From contig JAPKXX010000045.1 of the NCBI GenBank assembly GCA_026394595.1, forward strand, positions 4,024 to 68,023: a stretch of DNA of 64,000 bases, read 5' to 3'. Positions 34,842-44,263 of the stretch are shown here, one piece after another. The notes beneath the pieces are model-generated. The model did no database searches and was not told the origin of the DNA. It saw only the letters and a program-made list of their open reading frames with translations. The DNA comes from Methanoregula sp. (GTDB taxonomy: Archaea > Halobacteriota > Methanomicrobia > Methanomicrobiales > Methanospirillaceae). The position numbers were made by a program, and so were the translations under genes. Position 1 is the first letter of the stretch; each line of letters starts with the position of its first letter.

Positions 34842-36063
34842 TTACATGGCTTTTGCCATCATAAAACCGGATTTTAAGTCGGTCATCCGGAACCAGGGTA
34901 TCCACGCTTTTAACCAGCCTGCCATTCTTCTCTGCAACACAGAACCCCCGGGCGAGGACGGCAAGCGGGCTTCTTGACTCAAGCGCAGTTTTAATTTCTG
35001 AAAGCAAGAGGTGTTCACGTCCGGTCCGGTGGCTAAATGCCCGTTCGAACCGATCTGCAAGGTCGGCGGTCACCTGTTGCCGGTCCTCAAGTCTTTTAAT
35101 AAACCGCTGGGGACGGATCCGGTCTCTGATATCGGCAACGATCTCCTTCGCCTGTTCAATGCGGTTCAGCAGCAATGCCCCAATCTGGAACCTGTATTCA
35201 TATAATTGCACCATCAGGACTTTTTTATCCGGTACGACAAGCTCAGCGGCAGCTGACGGGGTTGCCGCCCGCATATCAGCGGCAAGATCAGCAAGAGTCA
35301 TGTCCACTTCATGGCCGATTGCGGAGACAACCGGGACCGGACAGGATGCGATTGCCCTCACAACATCCGGGTGGTTGAAGGGGAATAGGTCCTCAAAACT
35401 ACCGCCTCCACGCGCGACAATAATGACATCAACGGATTCCTCAAGACGACGGATTGCCAGCGCAATCTCCTCATGCGCCCCTTCTCCCTGAACAGCTGTC
35501 GGGGATATGATAATCTCTACCGGGTAACGTCGGGATATGACGGTCCTGATATCATGGATGACCGCACCTGTTTCTGATGTGACTACCCCCACCCTTGACG
35601 GAAAGGCGGGCAGTTGGCGCTTCCGTTCACCTGCAAAGCATCCCTCAAGGGCAAGTTCTTTTTTCCACTGTTCAATAAGGAGGTACTTCTCACCGATGCC
35701 TGCCCTGAGGATCTCTTTTATCTTGAGCTGGTATCTGCCCTGCGGGGCATATGCAGAAACCGAGCCGTACACAATGATCTCCATCCCATCAGATGGGGTA
35801 AAGGAAAGCCGTTCGGCATCGGCTTTCCATATGACGCAGGAGATCACAGCGGTAATTTTTGCCCCTTTTCCTTCTGAAAGGCTAAAATAGCAATGTCCAC
35901 GGGAACTTCGGGTATATTTTGTCACTTCACCTTTTACCCAGATATCCTGCAGTAGTTTGTCGTTCAGCAGGTTCTCAATTATCAATGAGACTTCCGATAC
36001 GAGCAACGGTGCTGTTTTCCCTGCCAACGGCTTATCCGGGCTGTAAAACCAGTCCATCAACAA
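34807..36063 (-). CDS. xseA: Exodeoxyribonuclease VII large subunit
   Basis: 418 aa with an N-terminal OB-fold (WVKGEVTKYTRSSRGHCYFSL) and a catalytic core (GVVTSETGAVIHDI...IIVARGGGSFEDL). It is translationally coupled to xseB. Confidence 0.9.
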   Translation of the reverse strand: MLMDWFYSPDKPLAGKTAPLLVSEVSLIIENLLNDKLLQDIWVKGEVTKYTRSSRGHCYFSLSEGKGAKITAVISCVIWKADAERLSFTPSDGMEIIVYGSVSAYAPQGRYQLKIKEILRAGIGEKYLLIEQWKKELALEGCFAGERKRQLPAFPSRVGVVTSETGAVIHDIRTVISRRYPVEIIISPTAVQGEGAHEEIALAIRRLEESVDVIIVARGGGSFEDLFPFNHPDVVRAIASCPVPVVSAIGHEVDMTLADLAADMRAATPSAAAELVVPDKKVLMVQLYEYRFQIGALLLNRIEQAKEIVADIRDRIRPQRFIKRLEDRQQVTADLADRFERAFSHRTGREHLLLSEIKTALESRSPLAVLARGFCVAEKNGRLVKSVDTLVPDDRLKIRFYDGKSHVIVERVEHDGNI

Positions 36064-36087
36064 CTATTATGCGCAAAATACATATTA

Positions 36088-36921
36088 ATGAGTATGACCA
36101 TGCCCGTCTTCGCTGTCTCCAGCATGTTCTTCCATGAATATACTCTCAAGGAGATCTTCTCATATGTGGGTGCATCGGGCTTAAACGGCATGGAGATCTG
36201 GATCGAAACGCCTGATTTCTGGCTCCGTGACTGTCCGGTTGATGAGGTTATTGCATGCAAAAAGAACCAACCGGAGATCCCGTCGATCACCGTGCATGCC
36301 CCGGTCCTCGACCTGAATCCCTGCTCCATCAACCCTAGGGTGGCGGCAGTCTCCCTTGAGTACATCGTCAGATCGATCAGGCTTGCGGAGCTGATGGGTG
36401 CCGGTGTGCTCACGGTGCATCCCGGCAGGCGCACGGCAAAACGCCCGCCATCTGATGCGGATTTCGCACGGTTCGACCGGTATATCACTATCCTCCGTGA
36501 AGCGGCAACAACAACTGAAGTGAAGATTGGTATGGAGAATATGGAGCCGATCGTCAACTCCCTGCTCTGCACTCCGGAACGGATGCGGGAGCTCCTCGAT
36601 GCCGAACCATGGCTCCTCTTCACTCTCGATGTATCGCATGCGATATCAGGAAAAGCAGATGACCTTGTCACGTATCTTGAGCTATGTGCAGACCGGCTTA
36701 CAAATGTGCATATCAGCAGGGTTGAGGGCAAACGCCTTCATCTTCCCCTTGACAACCACCCTGATATGGCACGGGTTATCGGAGTGCTGGGGGATTGCGG
36801 ATATGCCGGACCATTCACGCTCGAGATTGATGACCTGAATTTTACCCGCCCGTTGACCGCACAAGAAAAGGTGGCAGTTCTCTCAGTCGATCGCGCCTTT
36901 CTAGAGCACTGTTTTTGTTAA
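36088..36921 (+). CDS. Xylose-isomerase-like TIM-barrel (sugar phosphate isomerase/epimerase) family protein
   Basis: The beta-strand-end motifs GMEIWIE, ITVHAP, LTVHPG, IGMENM and LDVSHA match the AP-endonuclease-2/xylose isomerase-like barrel. Confidence 0.7.
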   Translation: MSMTMPVFAVSSMFFHEYTLKEIFSYVGASGLNGMEIWIETPDFWLRDCPVDEVIACKKNQPEIPSITVHAPVLDLNPCSINPRVAAVSLEYIVRSIRLAELMGAGVLTVHPGRRTAKRPPSDADFARFDRYITILREAATTTEVKIGMENMEPIVNSLLCTPERMRELLDAEPWLLFTLDVSHAISGKADDLVTYLELCADRLTNVHISRVEGKRLHLPLDNHPDMARVIGVLGDCGYAGPFTLEIDDLNFTRPLTAQEKVAVLSVDRAFLEHCFC

Positions 36922-37016
36922 TCCGCTAATTTTATCTCATTCCTTCGCCCTATGTGTATTGTTATCTGCTCTATGAATACCCGTCTTTACTATTACCGCA
37001 CTGCGGTGGGGATTTT

Positions 37017-38303
37017 ATGATCATCGATCCCCTGAATATCGTTCTTTTTATCGCCTGTGTGCTGCTATCAGCGTTTTTTTCGAGTTCTGAAGTGGCGCTT
37101 ATCTCGATCACCCGGGCAAAAGTCCGGACGCTTGTCAATGAGAAGAGAACCGGTGCCGAGGCGCTTGCCCTTCTCAAGGAATCGCCCAACCACCTGCTGA
37201 CTACGATTCTGATCGGCAATACGATCGTCAACATTGCCGCTGCGGCGATCGCAACTGCAATCGCGATCACGGCGTTTGGCAACCTTGGTATCGGGATCGC
37301 GACCGGGGCTGTCGTGATCATCCTGCTTGTCTTTGGGGAGATCGGCCCCAAGGTCTACGCAGCACGGGCGTCTGAGGATTTTGCTTTGGCGGTTGCACGC
37401 CCGGTACTGTTCCTTTCCTTCCTCTTCACCCCGTTTATCTGGCTCGTTAACAAGGTGAGCCATTCGCTGCCACTGTACCGGGACCAGCCGGATCAATCAG
37501 TAACAGAAGAGGAGATCAGGGAATGGATCGATGTGGGTAAGGAAGAGGGGACGATTGAGCAGGAGGAGCAGGATATGCTGTACTCGGTGCTTGAGTTCAG
37601 TGATACGACCACACGGGAGATCATGACACCCCGCGTAGATGTAATCCTCATGGAAGATACCGTGACGTTTGAGGAGGCGATCCGGATCTTCAATGAGACC
37701 GGCTTCTCCCGGATCCCGGTATTCCATGAGCATATCGACAACATCACCGGCATACTCAATGTCAAAGATGTGTTTTCAGCGATGGTGTTACGCCGGAAAG
37801 ACACGACGATAAAAGAGATCATGTACGACCCCACCTTCGTACCGGAGACAAAAAAGATTGATGACCTGTTAAAAGAGCTTCAGCTCCACCGGGTCCAGAT
37901 CGCGGTCGTGATCGATGAATACAGCAGCTTTGTCGGGATCGTGACTGTCGAGGACATACTTGAGGAGATCGTCGGTGATATCCAGGACGAATTCGACAAG
38001 GAAGAACCTGATGTCCAGAAACTGAGCGAGGGTGTGTATGTGGTAGACGCCCAGATGTGGGTGGACGAAATCAACGAACAACTGGGGATCAACCTTCCGA
38101 TTGACGAGTCTTATGAAACGATCGGGGGACTCCTGCTCGACCGGCTGGGACATATCCCGCAACATCCCGGGGAGAAGGCGGAGATCGACGACGGGAGACT
38201 GACGCTTATGGTCATGCAGATGCGGGGTCGGCGGATCGTGAAGGTAAAGGTTATCGCGCACCAGATGCAGGACGGGAGCAGCCGTGAAGGAGGCTCTGCA
38301 TGA
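37017..38303 (+). CDS. CNNM/DUF21 - CBS pair - CorC/HlyC family membrane protein (putative divalent-cation efflux)
   Basis: The start is taken at the ATG at 37017. The N-terminal has 4 TM helices, followed by two CBS repeats and a C-terminal transporter-associated domain. Confidence 0.85.
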   Translation: MIIDPLNIVLFIACVLLSAFFSSSEVALISITRAKVRTLVNEKRTGAEALALLKESPNHLLTTILIGNTIVNIAAAAIATAIAITAFGNLGIGIATGAVVIILLVFGEIGPKVYAARASEDFALAVARPVLFLSFLFTPFIWLVNKVSHSLPLYRDQPDQSVTEEEIREWIDVGKEEGTIEQEEQDMLYSVLEFSDTTTREIMTPRVDVILMEDTVTFEEAIRIFNETGFSRIPVFHEHIDNITGILNVKDVFSAMVLRRKDTTIKEIMYDPTFVPETKKIDDLLKELQLHRVQIAVVIDEYSSFVGIVTVEDILEEIVGDIQDEFDKEEPDVQKLSEGVYVVDAQMWVDEINEQLGINLPIDESYETIGGLLLDRLGHIPQHPGEKAEIDDGRLTLMVMQMRGRRIVKVKVIAHQMQDGSSREGGSA

Positions 38304-38322
38304 ATCGTGGGGGTGGTCTGGT

Positions 38323-38928
38323 ATGACAAAAAGGATTGCTGTGCTGGCGTCAGGGAGAGGGTCGAATTTCCAGGCAGTGATCGATGCGATACGGGACGGA
38401 AGGGTGCCTGCGACATGTGTACGGCTCATCACCGATAATCCCGGGGCATATGCGATCGAACGGGCAAAACAGGCCGGGGTCCCGTGCACCATTATCGATT
38501 ATACCTCATTCCCGTCCTGGGATGCCTATGAGCGGGCTCTTTTACCTGCGATGCAGGACTGCAATGCCGATCTTTTCGTACTGGCCGGTTACATGAGGAT
38601 TGTGGGGAAAGAGGTTGTGAAGGCATTTGTAGGGCGGATGATCAATATTCACCCGGCGCTGCTTCCCTCGTTTCCCGGTCTGCACGGGCAAAGGCAGGCG
38701 ATCCTCCACGGTGTCAAAGTATCGGGGTGCACCGTTCATTTCGTTGATGAAAGTCTTGATGGTGGCCCGATCATTATCCAGCAGTGCGTTCCCGTGCTCA
38801 AAGTCGATGATGAGGATGCGCTTGCCGCCCGGATCCTCGACCATGAGCACCGCTGCCTGCCTGAAGCAATACGGCTCTTCTGCGAGGGCAGGCTTGTGAT
38901 CGATGGGCGGCGGGTCCGTATCCGGTAA
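38323..38928 (+). CDS. purN: Phosphoribosylglycinamide formyltransferase
   Basis: It starts MTKRIAVLASGRGSNFQA and contains NIHPALLPSFPG and VHFVDESLDGGPII. Confidence 0.9.
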   Translation: MTKRIAVLASGRGSNFQAVIDAIRDGRVPATCVRLITDNPGAYAIERAKQAGVPCTIIDYTSFPSWDAYERALLPAMQDCNADLFVLAGYMRIVGKEVVKAFVGRMINIHPALLPSFPGLHGQRQAILHGVKVSGCTVHFVDESLDGGPIIIQQCVPVLKVDDEDALAARILDHEHRCLPEAIRLFCEGRLVIDGRRVRIR

Positions 38929-38996
38929 ATTTTCCAGCCCCTGCCTTTTTTACATGAAACGCTGATACGTATGCGAAAACGGAATCAGGGACTACC

Positions 38997-39323
38997 ATGA
39001 AAGAGCGTTCCCGCACCCCCCAGACGAAAAAGATCGCACGCGAACGTTTAGCAGTGCTCTTTTCTCTGGCACAGGCAATATTTTCCACACACCCCGCATT
39101 GAGTTCCAGGTACGTGGAGATTGCCCGGCGGATTGCGATGCGCCAGCGGATCCGGATCGACCGCGAATTCCGCAGGCAGTTCTGCCGGCACTGCTCATCG
39201 TTTCTGGTGCCGGGGAGAACCTCGCGGGTGCGAGTACACGGGGGCAATGTGGTGGTCACCTGCTTGGGCTGCAAAAAAAAAAGACGATACCCGGTAGGGA
39301 GGGATGCTGACAATGGACAATGA
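38997..39323 (+). CDS. rnp4: RNase P protein component 4 (Rpp21 family)
   Basis: 108 aa with IARERLAVLFSLA... and the zinc ribbon CRHCSSFLVPG...CLGCKKKRRYP. Confidence 0.8.
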   Translation: MKERSRTPQTKKIARERLAVLFSLAQAIFSTHPALSSRYVEIARRIAMRQRIRIDREFRRQFCRHCSSFLVPGRTSRVRVHGGNVVVTCLGCKKKRRYPVGRDADNGQ

Positions 39324-39561
39324 CCGGTCGATGCAGGATTTGAAACCCACGATCTGGATTGGAAAATCGGGCTGCACGGACACCATGATCGACGAGATTA
39401 AAGCCCAGCTCAAAAAGCGCACACTCATCAAGGTGAAATGGCTCCACAACACCGATATCGACCCTGAAGCAATTGCACACCGGACAGGAGCAGACCTCGT
39501 CGCGGTCAGGGGGAGAACACTCGTGCTTGCCCGGCGCAAAAAAACAGGGCGTTCTCCGTGA
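39304..39561 (+). CDS. YhbY-like CRM-domain RNA-binding protein
   Basis: It contains LKPTIWIGKSGCTDTMIDEIKAQLKKRTLIKVKW...GRTLVLAR. Several in-frame Met start options exist (39304, 39313, 39331). Confidence 0.7.
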   Translation: MLTMDNDRSMQDLKPTIWIGKSGCTDTMIDEIKAQLKKRTLIKVKWLHNTDIDPEAIAHRTGADLVAVRGRTLVLARRKKTGRSP

Positions 39562-39595
39562 TGTTTTAAAGGGAACGGCAGATTTTTTTCACTCG

Positions 39596-39605
39596 AAATA
39601 TATAT
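39596..39605 (+). promoter_or_regulatory. Candidate TATA box for the rps19e block
   Basis: AAATATATAT lies about 60 nt upstream of the rps19e ATG, and an SD-like GTGAGGT lies 6 nt before the ATG. This is based on position only. Confidence 0.3.
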
Positions 39606-39665
39606 GAACTTACCTCACAAATAAGATAAGACTGTTATTTATTAGAGCAACAGTGAGGTCCAGAT

Positions 39666-40271
39666 ATGACAACCGTGTACGATGTACCGGCTGACCTTCT
39701 CATTCGTAAGGTCGCAGAGGTGCTCAAGTCCCGGCAGGAAATCAAACCGCCCGCGTGGGCAGCATTTGCAAAGACCGGTGTCCATAAAGAGATGCCCCCC
39801 GAGGATCCGGACTGGTGGTATGTCCGCTCGGCGGCAGTTTTGAGGCGCGTCTATGTTGACGGGCCCCTAGGTGTCCAGCGGATGCGCAGCTTTTACGGCG
39901 GGAAAAAGGACCGCGGCTCCAAGCCAAACGCATTCCGGAAGGGCAGCGGCTCCATCCTGCGCAAGGCGCTCCAGCAACTCGAGGCGTGCAAATTTATTGT
40001 GCACGACAAGACCGGGCGAAGGATCGCGCCGGAAGGGCAGTCTTTTATGGATTCAATGGCAAAGGACACGCTGGTGAACCCACCCGCGCCCATACCAAAG
40101 AAGGTGCAGCCTACCAAGGCAGAGCCAAAGAAACCTGAAACAGGGAAAGCAGAGAAGAAAACATCAGCAAAGAAAGGCGAAGCAAAGAAGCCGGAAAAGA
40201 GTGACGCGCCAAAGGCTGATCACAAGAAGCCTGAGGCAAAAGACGTAAAGAAGTCTGAAAAGAAAGAGTGA
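39666..40271 (+). CDS. rps19e: 30S ribosomal protein S19e with Lys/Pro/Glu-rich C-terminal extension
   Basis: The first ~145 aa read as S19e (VYDVPADLLIRKVAEVLK...WWYVRSAAVLRRVY...). The last ~55 aa are KKVQPTKAEPKKPETGKAEKK... Confidence 0.9.
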   Translation: MTTVYDVPADLLIRKVAEVLKSRQEIKPPAWAAFAKTGVHKEMPPEDPDWWYVRSAAVLRRVYVDGPLGVQRMRSFYGGKKDRGSKPNAFRKGSGSILRKALQQLEACKFIVHDKTGRRIAPEGQSFMDSMAKDTLVNPPAPIPKKVQPTKAEPKKPETGKAEKKTSAKKGEAKKPEKSDAPKADHKKPEAKDVKKSEKKE

Positions 40272-40281
40272 AGGGATCCCA

Positions 40282-40623
40282 ATGGGAGACGACGAGCTGG
40301 CTGAAATCCGAAGGAAAAGGATGGTGCAACTGCAGCAACAGGCAGCAGACCAGCAGCAGGGCATGCAGGAAGAGCTCGAACGTCAGCAGCGACAGAAAGC
40401 CCAGTTGCAGATGGTGCTCATGCAGATACTTGAACCGGATGCCCGGGAGCGCCTAAACACCATCAGGCTGACCAAGCCGGAGTTTGCCGGGGCAGTCGAA
40501 CAGCAATTGGTCCTGCTCGCCCAGAGCGGCAAGCTGCGCCAGAAGATCAGCGACGCACAGCTCAAGGAGCTGCTGCGCCAGCTTGCACCAGCCAAGCGGG
40601 ATTATTCGATCACGCGTAAATAA
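40282..40623 (+). CDS. PDCD5/TFAR19-family DNA-binding protein
   Basis: It contains ILEPDARERLNTIRLTKPEFAGAVEQQLVLLAQSGKL, and its position after rps19e is conserved. Confidence 0.8.
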   Translation: MGDDELAEIRRKRMVQLQQQAADQQQGMQEELERQQRQKAQLQMVLMQILEPDARERLNTIRLTKPEFAGAVEQQLVLLAQSGKLRQKISDAQLKELLRQLAPAKRDYSITRK

Positions 40624-41216
40624 TGAGAGCGGGAGTGCTGTACAGCGGTGGAAAGGACAGTTCCCTTGCAGCAATGATGCTGGGTACGTATTATGAAGTC
40701 GAACTGAATGCGTTCGTCTTCGACTCCGCCCGAAAAATCCCGTCTGTTGAGGCTGCGGCGCAGGTGTTGGGACTACCTATAAAAAAAAGAATATTCCGCG
40801 AAGGATTGTTGACTGAGGCGGTGGATCTGGTGACACAGCGAGGTTTTCCTAATGAGGCGATCAATCTGGTACACCGTACCGCCGTTGAAACCCTCTGTAG
40901 TGAGTACCGGGTTGTCGGGGATGGCACACGGTTTAACGACCGCGTCCCGATGCTGACGCGTGCGGAGGTTCAGAGCCTGGAAAGCCGGACAACCACCTCC
41001 TATGTCCGCCCTTTGCTGGGTTTTACAAAAACCGAGGTTGACCGGCTCGTGGACCGGTTCCTTGTCGTCACATACGGAGAGACCGGAACGATCAACAACG
41101 GCGACTATGAAGCGGAGATACGGGAGGAATGTCGTGCCCGCGGCATCGATACAGCCCCTCTGTTTCCGCACCACCATGACCAGTCACTGGTTGTGGGACG
41201 AAAAGATACTAAATGA
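40623..41216 (+). CDS. PP-loop (adenine-nucleotide alpha-hydrolase) family protein
   Basis: It has the N-terminal PP-loop SGGKDS. The specific function is not assignable. Confidence 0.55.
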   Translation: MRAGVLYSGGKDSSLAAMMLGTYYEVELNAFVFDSARKIPSVEAAAQVLGLPIKKRIFREGLLTEAVDLVTQRGFPNEAINLVHRTAVETLCSEYRVVGDGTRFNDRVPMLTRAEVQSLESRTTTSYVRPLLGFTKTEVDRLVDRFLVVTYGETGTINNGDYEAEIREECRARGIDTAPLFPHHHDQSLVVGRKDTK

Positions 41217-41229
41217 AAGGTGAATGAAC

Positions 41230-41382
41230 ATGAGCAAATTAAGCAAAGGCAGAAAGATACGCCTGGCAAAAGCATGCGACCAGAACCGCCGCGTGCCCCA
41301 GTGGGTTATGGTCAGAACAAAGCGCAATGTTGTTGCGCACCCGAAAAGACGCAACTGGCGCAAGAGCACATTAAAGGTGTAA
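41230..41382 (+). CDS. rpl39e: 50S ribosomal protein L39e
   Basis: It is absent from the ORF track because it is under 60 aa. Manual translation gives [50 protein letters not shown], the L39e signature, immediately upstream of rpl31e. Confidence 0.85.
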   Translation: MSKLSKGRKIRLAKACDQNRRVPQWVMVRTKRNVVAHPKRRNWRKSTLKV

Positions 41383-41385
41383 CCG

Positions 41386-41652
41386 ATGGCAGAGAAGTTG
41401 CAGGAGCACATCTATATCATCCCGCTGCGGGATACGCGCCGGGCTCCGCGGTGGAAGCGGAGCAACGCTGCGATCAAAGACATTAAAAAGTACCTCGCCA
41501 AGCACATGAAGAGCGACGAGGTTAAGCTTGATAAGAGCATCAATGAAAAAGTCTGGGACCGGGGGAGTACTAAGCCCCCCTCAAAGATCCGGGTCCGCGC
41601 CATGAAGATGGAGGACGGACAAATCCAGGCAGAACTCGCTGAGGAATCGTGA
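41386..41652 (+). CDS. rpl31e: 50S ribosomal protein L31e
   Basis: 88 aa with [29 protein letters not shown]... Confidence 0.9.
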   Translation: MAEKLQEHIYIIPLRDTRRAPRWKRSNAAIKDIKKYLAKHMKSDEVKLDKSINEKVWDRGSTKPPSKIRVRAMKMEDGQIQAELAEES

Positions 41653-41654
41653 AG

Positions 41655-42317
41655 ATGGAACGGACAATCACGTTCACAGGTGGGCCGCACATCGGGGTAT
41701 TTTCCCGTGTTCTTGAGGACATTGCGGTCATTCCCCCGGAAGCACCTGATGTTTTCAAACAGGGTATCCGCGCCGCACTCGATGTTGAACTTGTCGAAAC
41801 GACGATCCAGGGCAGTGCGATCATCGGGTCACTCATGGCCGGCAACCGCAAGGGCATCGTCGTGAGCGGACTTGCCACAAAGGATGAGATTGCCGTACTA
41901 TCAGATTACCGTGAAGTGATGCTGCTCTCAGGCACTATGAACGCTGCGGGCAATATAATACTGGTAAACGACAAAATCGCCATTATCCATCCCGAGTTGG
42001 AGAAGGAAATTGCAGATGCAATCGGCGAATTTCTCGGTGTTAACGTGATGCAGTGCTCACTGGGTGGAGTGAAAACTGTCGGTATGGCGGGTGCCGCGAC
42101 CGGCAAGGGCATGATTGTCCCTCCACGTGCAACCGACCAGGAACTCACAAGGCTTGGGGAATTTTGTGGTATCCCAGTTGGTACTGGCACGATCAATATG
42201 GGCAGCGGGCTCGTGGGAACAGGACTATTGGTCAACACCCGCGGCTATATTGCAGGTGCACTGACAAGCGGGTTTGAACTGGGCAGAATTGAGGATATAT
42301 TTGGATTTCTGGAGTGA
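41655..42317 (+). CDS. eif6: Translation initiation factor 6 (aIF6)
   Basis: The ATG at 41655 lies 8 nt after GAGGAA. The product starts [19 protein letters not shown] and shows pentein-repeat architecture. A GTG at 41649 is an alternative start. Confidence 0.9.
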   Translation: MERTITFTGGPHIGVFSRVLEDIAVIPPEAPDVFKQGIRAALDVELVETTIQGSAIIGSLMAGNRKGIVVSGLATKDEIAVLSDYREVMLLSGTMNAAGNIILVNDKIAIIHPELEKEIADAIGEFLGVNVMQCSLGGVKTVGMAGAATGKGMIVPPRATDQELTRLGEFCGIPVGTGTINMGSGLVGTGLLVNTRGYIAGALTSGFELGRIEDIFGFLE

Positions 42318-42322
42318 ATGAG

Positions 42323-42514
42323 ATGGAAGAGAAGATGTTTGAAGTCAAAGGCACGTTTCTGATGGGTGAGGACTGGAAGCCGTACACAAAGGTGATCAAG
42401 GCGCCCAATGAAAAGCAGGCACAGGAACGTGCTTTTGCGCTCATGGGCAGTAAACACAATCTGAAGAGACGGTATATCAAAATCGATGGCGTGACACCGG
42501 TTAAGAGTGAGTAA
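42323..42514 (+). CDS. rplX: 50S ribosomal protein LX (L18Ae/L20A family)
   Basis: The product starts MEEKMFEVKGTFLMGEDWKPYTKVIKAPNEKQAQERAF. The ORF-track start is GTG at 42314. The ATG at 42323 follows GGAG. Confidence 0.8.
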   Translation: MEEKMFEVKGTFLMGEDWKPYTKVIKAPNEKQAQERAFALMGSKHNLKRRYIKIDGVTPVKSE

Positions 42515-42736
42515 TTCCAGCCTCCCTTTGCTTTTTGTATAGCCTGGCAGGAAAGGTAATCCCTCTTTTAACGAGCACCCATTGTTCCTATTTTCCTCCC
42601 GAGCCGCATGGGAGATTTGCGGCATTTGCGAGGTAGGGAAGTACCCTCGACAATGATGTATTTATGGTGATGAAGAACATACAATAGAAGAGTTATACGA
42701 ATTCTGTCATCAACGTAAGAAAAGGGGTGGTACATA

Positions 42737-43213
42737 GTGGGAAATAACGCAGAAATGGTGGACCAGCGCGAGCTGCTGACCCTTGAGCATTACCTCAAAC
42801 AATATGGGCAGCAGGCGGAAATTTTTGCCGGTCAGCTGGAACTGATGGAAAACGGGAGGATGGAGGCGCTCGCCGCAATCGAAGCACTGCAGGGCATTTC
42901 TGATGCAGATGACGGTACCGTCCTGCTGCAGATCGGCGGTGGCGCAAGTCTCCGGGTCAAAGTGCTTGAACCCGACAAGGTGCTCCTCAACATCGGTGCT
43001 GAGGTGATTGTCGAGCGGACGAACAAGGATGCGGTCGAGTTTTTAAAAGACCGGATCACCGAGATGGAAGCCTCGGAAAAGAAGGTAGTTGAGACACTCG
43101 ACCGGCTCCGCAGCCAGATGAACGAGATCACCAAAAGGCTTGAGCAGGGATACCAGCAGGCGGTGCAGGCGGAACAGCAGTATTCACCGCCGGCACATGG
43201 TGAAGAGGACTGA
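42737..43213 (+). CDS. pfdA: Prefoldin alpha subunit
   Basis: It has a coiled coil - beta hairpin - coiled coil layout (LLQIGGGASLRVKVLEPDKVLLNIGAEVIVERT). The GTG start is preceded by GGGGTGG. Confidence 0.85.
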   Translation: MGNNAEMVDQRELLTLEHYLKQYGQQAEIFAGQLELMENGRMEALAAIEALQGISDADDGTVLLQIGGGASLRVKVLEPDKVLLNIGAEVIVERTNKDAVEFLKDRITEMEASEKKVVETLDRLRSQMNEITKRLEQGYQQAVQAEQQYSPPAHGEED

Positions 43214-43228
43214 GGCAGGATCTGTTGC

Positions 43229-44263
43229 ATGTTCAGTGGGCTTCGGGAACGACTTCAGGCTGCCCGTGCAAAGCTGGGCATCAGCATAGAGGCAACCATG
43301 ACACCACAGCCACTGCAGGAAACACCATCTGCCGTTCAATCCGTGGTGCAAAATCCCGGGGTCTTTTCTGAAAAACCAACATTTGCCAATAAGATAAAGA
43401 CGCTGATTATTGATCGGGAGTTGATCGTTTCTGAAAAGGAACTCTCTGATGCGCTCTCAGAGCTTGAGATCACATTACTCGAGAGCGATGTCGCCCTGCA
43501 AGTCACCGATGCGATCATCGCCCATGTACGAACCGATCTCGTAGGAAGACACCGGAAGATCGGGGAATCGGTGGATGGACTTGTGGTCGGCACACTCAAA
43601 GGGGCGCTCCTCGATGTGCTGGGAAAGGGTTTTGACCTCACGGAATATGTTCGGAACCACCAGCGCCCGGTAAAAATTCTCTTCACCGGTGTGAACGGGA
43701 CAGGAAAGACAACGACGGTTGCAAAGATTGGTTTTTTTTTAAAAAAACAGGGATTTACGGTTGTAATCGGTGCCGGGGACACGCACCGCGCCGGGGCAAT
43801 CGAACAGATTGAAGTGCATGCCGAACGGATCGGGATCAAGATTATTCAGCACCAGCAGGGTGCGGATCCGTCGGCGGTGCTCTTTGATACCGTGCAGTAT
43901 GCCTCTTCACACAAGATCGACGTGGTGCTCGCTGATACCGCGGGCAGGTTCCACACCAAGGCAAACCTGATGAACCAGCTGGAAAAAATCCGCCGGGTGA
44001 TGAAGCCAGATCTCATCGTGTATGTCGATGAGGCAGTGGCAGGAAATGATGCGGTCGTCCGTGCTGCTGAATTTGACAAAACCGTCGGGGCTGATGCAGT
44101 TATCCTTACCAAGGCGGACATGGATTCACGGGGGGGTGCCGCTATCTCGATTGCACATACCATCGGAAAACCGCTTATGTTCTTGGGTACGGGTCAGGCA
44201 TACGATGACATTATGCCATTCTCACCCAACCAGATGGTTGAGGACCTGCTGGGTGATACATGA
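43229..44263 (+). CDS. ftsY: Signal recognition particle receptor FtsY
   Basis: It has an NG domain with [15 protein letters not shown] and TKADMD. Confidence 0.9.
   Translation: MFSGLRERLQAARAKLGISIEATMTPQPLQETPSAVQSVVQNPGVFSEKPTFANKIKTLIIDRELIVSEKELSDALSELEITLLESDVALQVTDAIIAHVRTDLVGRHRKIGESVDGLVVGTLKGALLDVLGKGFDLTEYVRNHQRPVKILFTGVNGTGKTTTVAKIGFFLKKQGFTVVIGAGDTHRAGAIEQIEVHAERIGIKIIQHQQGADPSAVLFDTVQYASSHKIDVVLADTAGRFHTKANLMNQLEKIRRVMKPDLIVYVDEAVAGNDAVVRAAEFDKTVGADAVILTKADMDSRGGAAISIAHTIGKPLMFLGTGQAYDDIMPFSPNQMVEDLLGDT

Noticed and set aside
36057-36731. 224-aa minus-strand ORF antisense to the TIM-barrel gene
   Set aside because: The plus-strand frame shows the characteristic barrel motifs. 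The antisense product is Ser/Arg-rich shadow sequence.
41220-41486. 88-aa ORF from the track across 41220-41486
   Set aside because: It is out of frame with, and displaced by, the clear rpl39e and rpl31e genes.
42660-42715. C/D-box sRNA suspicion (GTGATGA on the plus strand, TGATGA on the minus strand) in the rplX-pfdA spacer
   Set aside because: No CTGA D or D' boxes at the required spacing and no terminal stem. Most likely chance.
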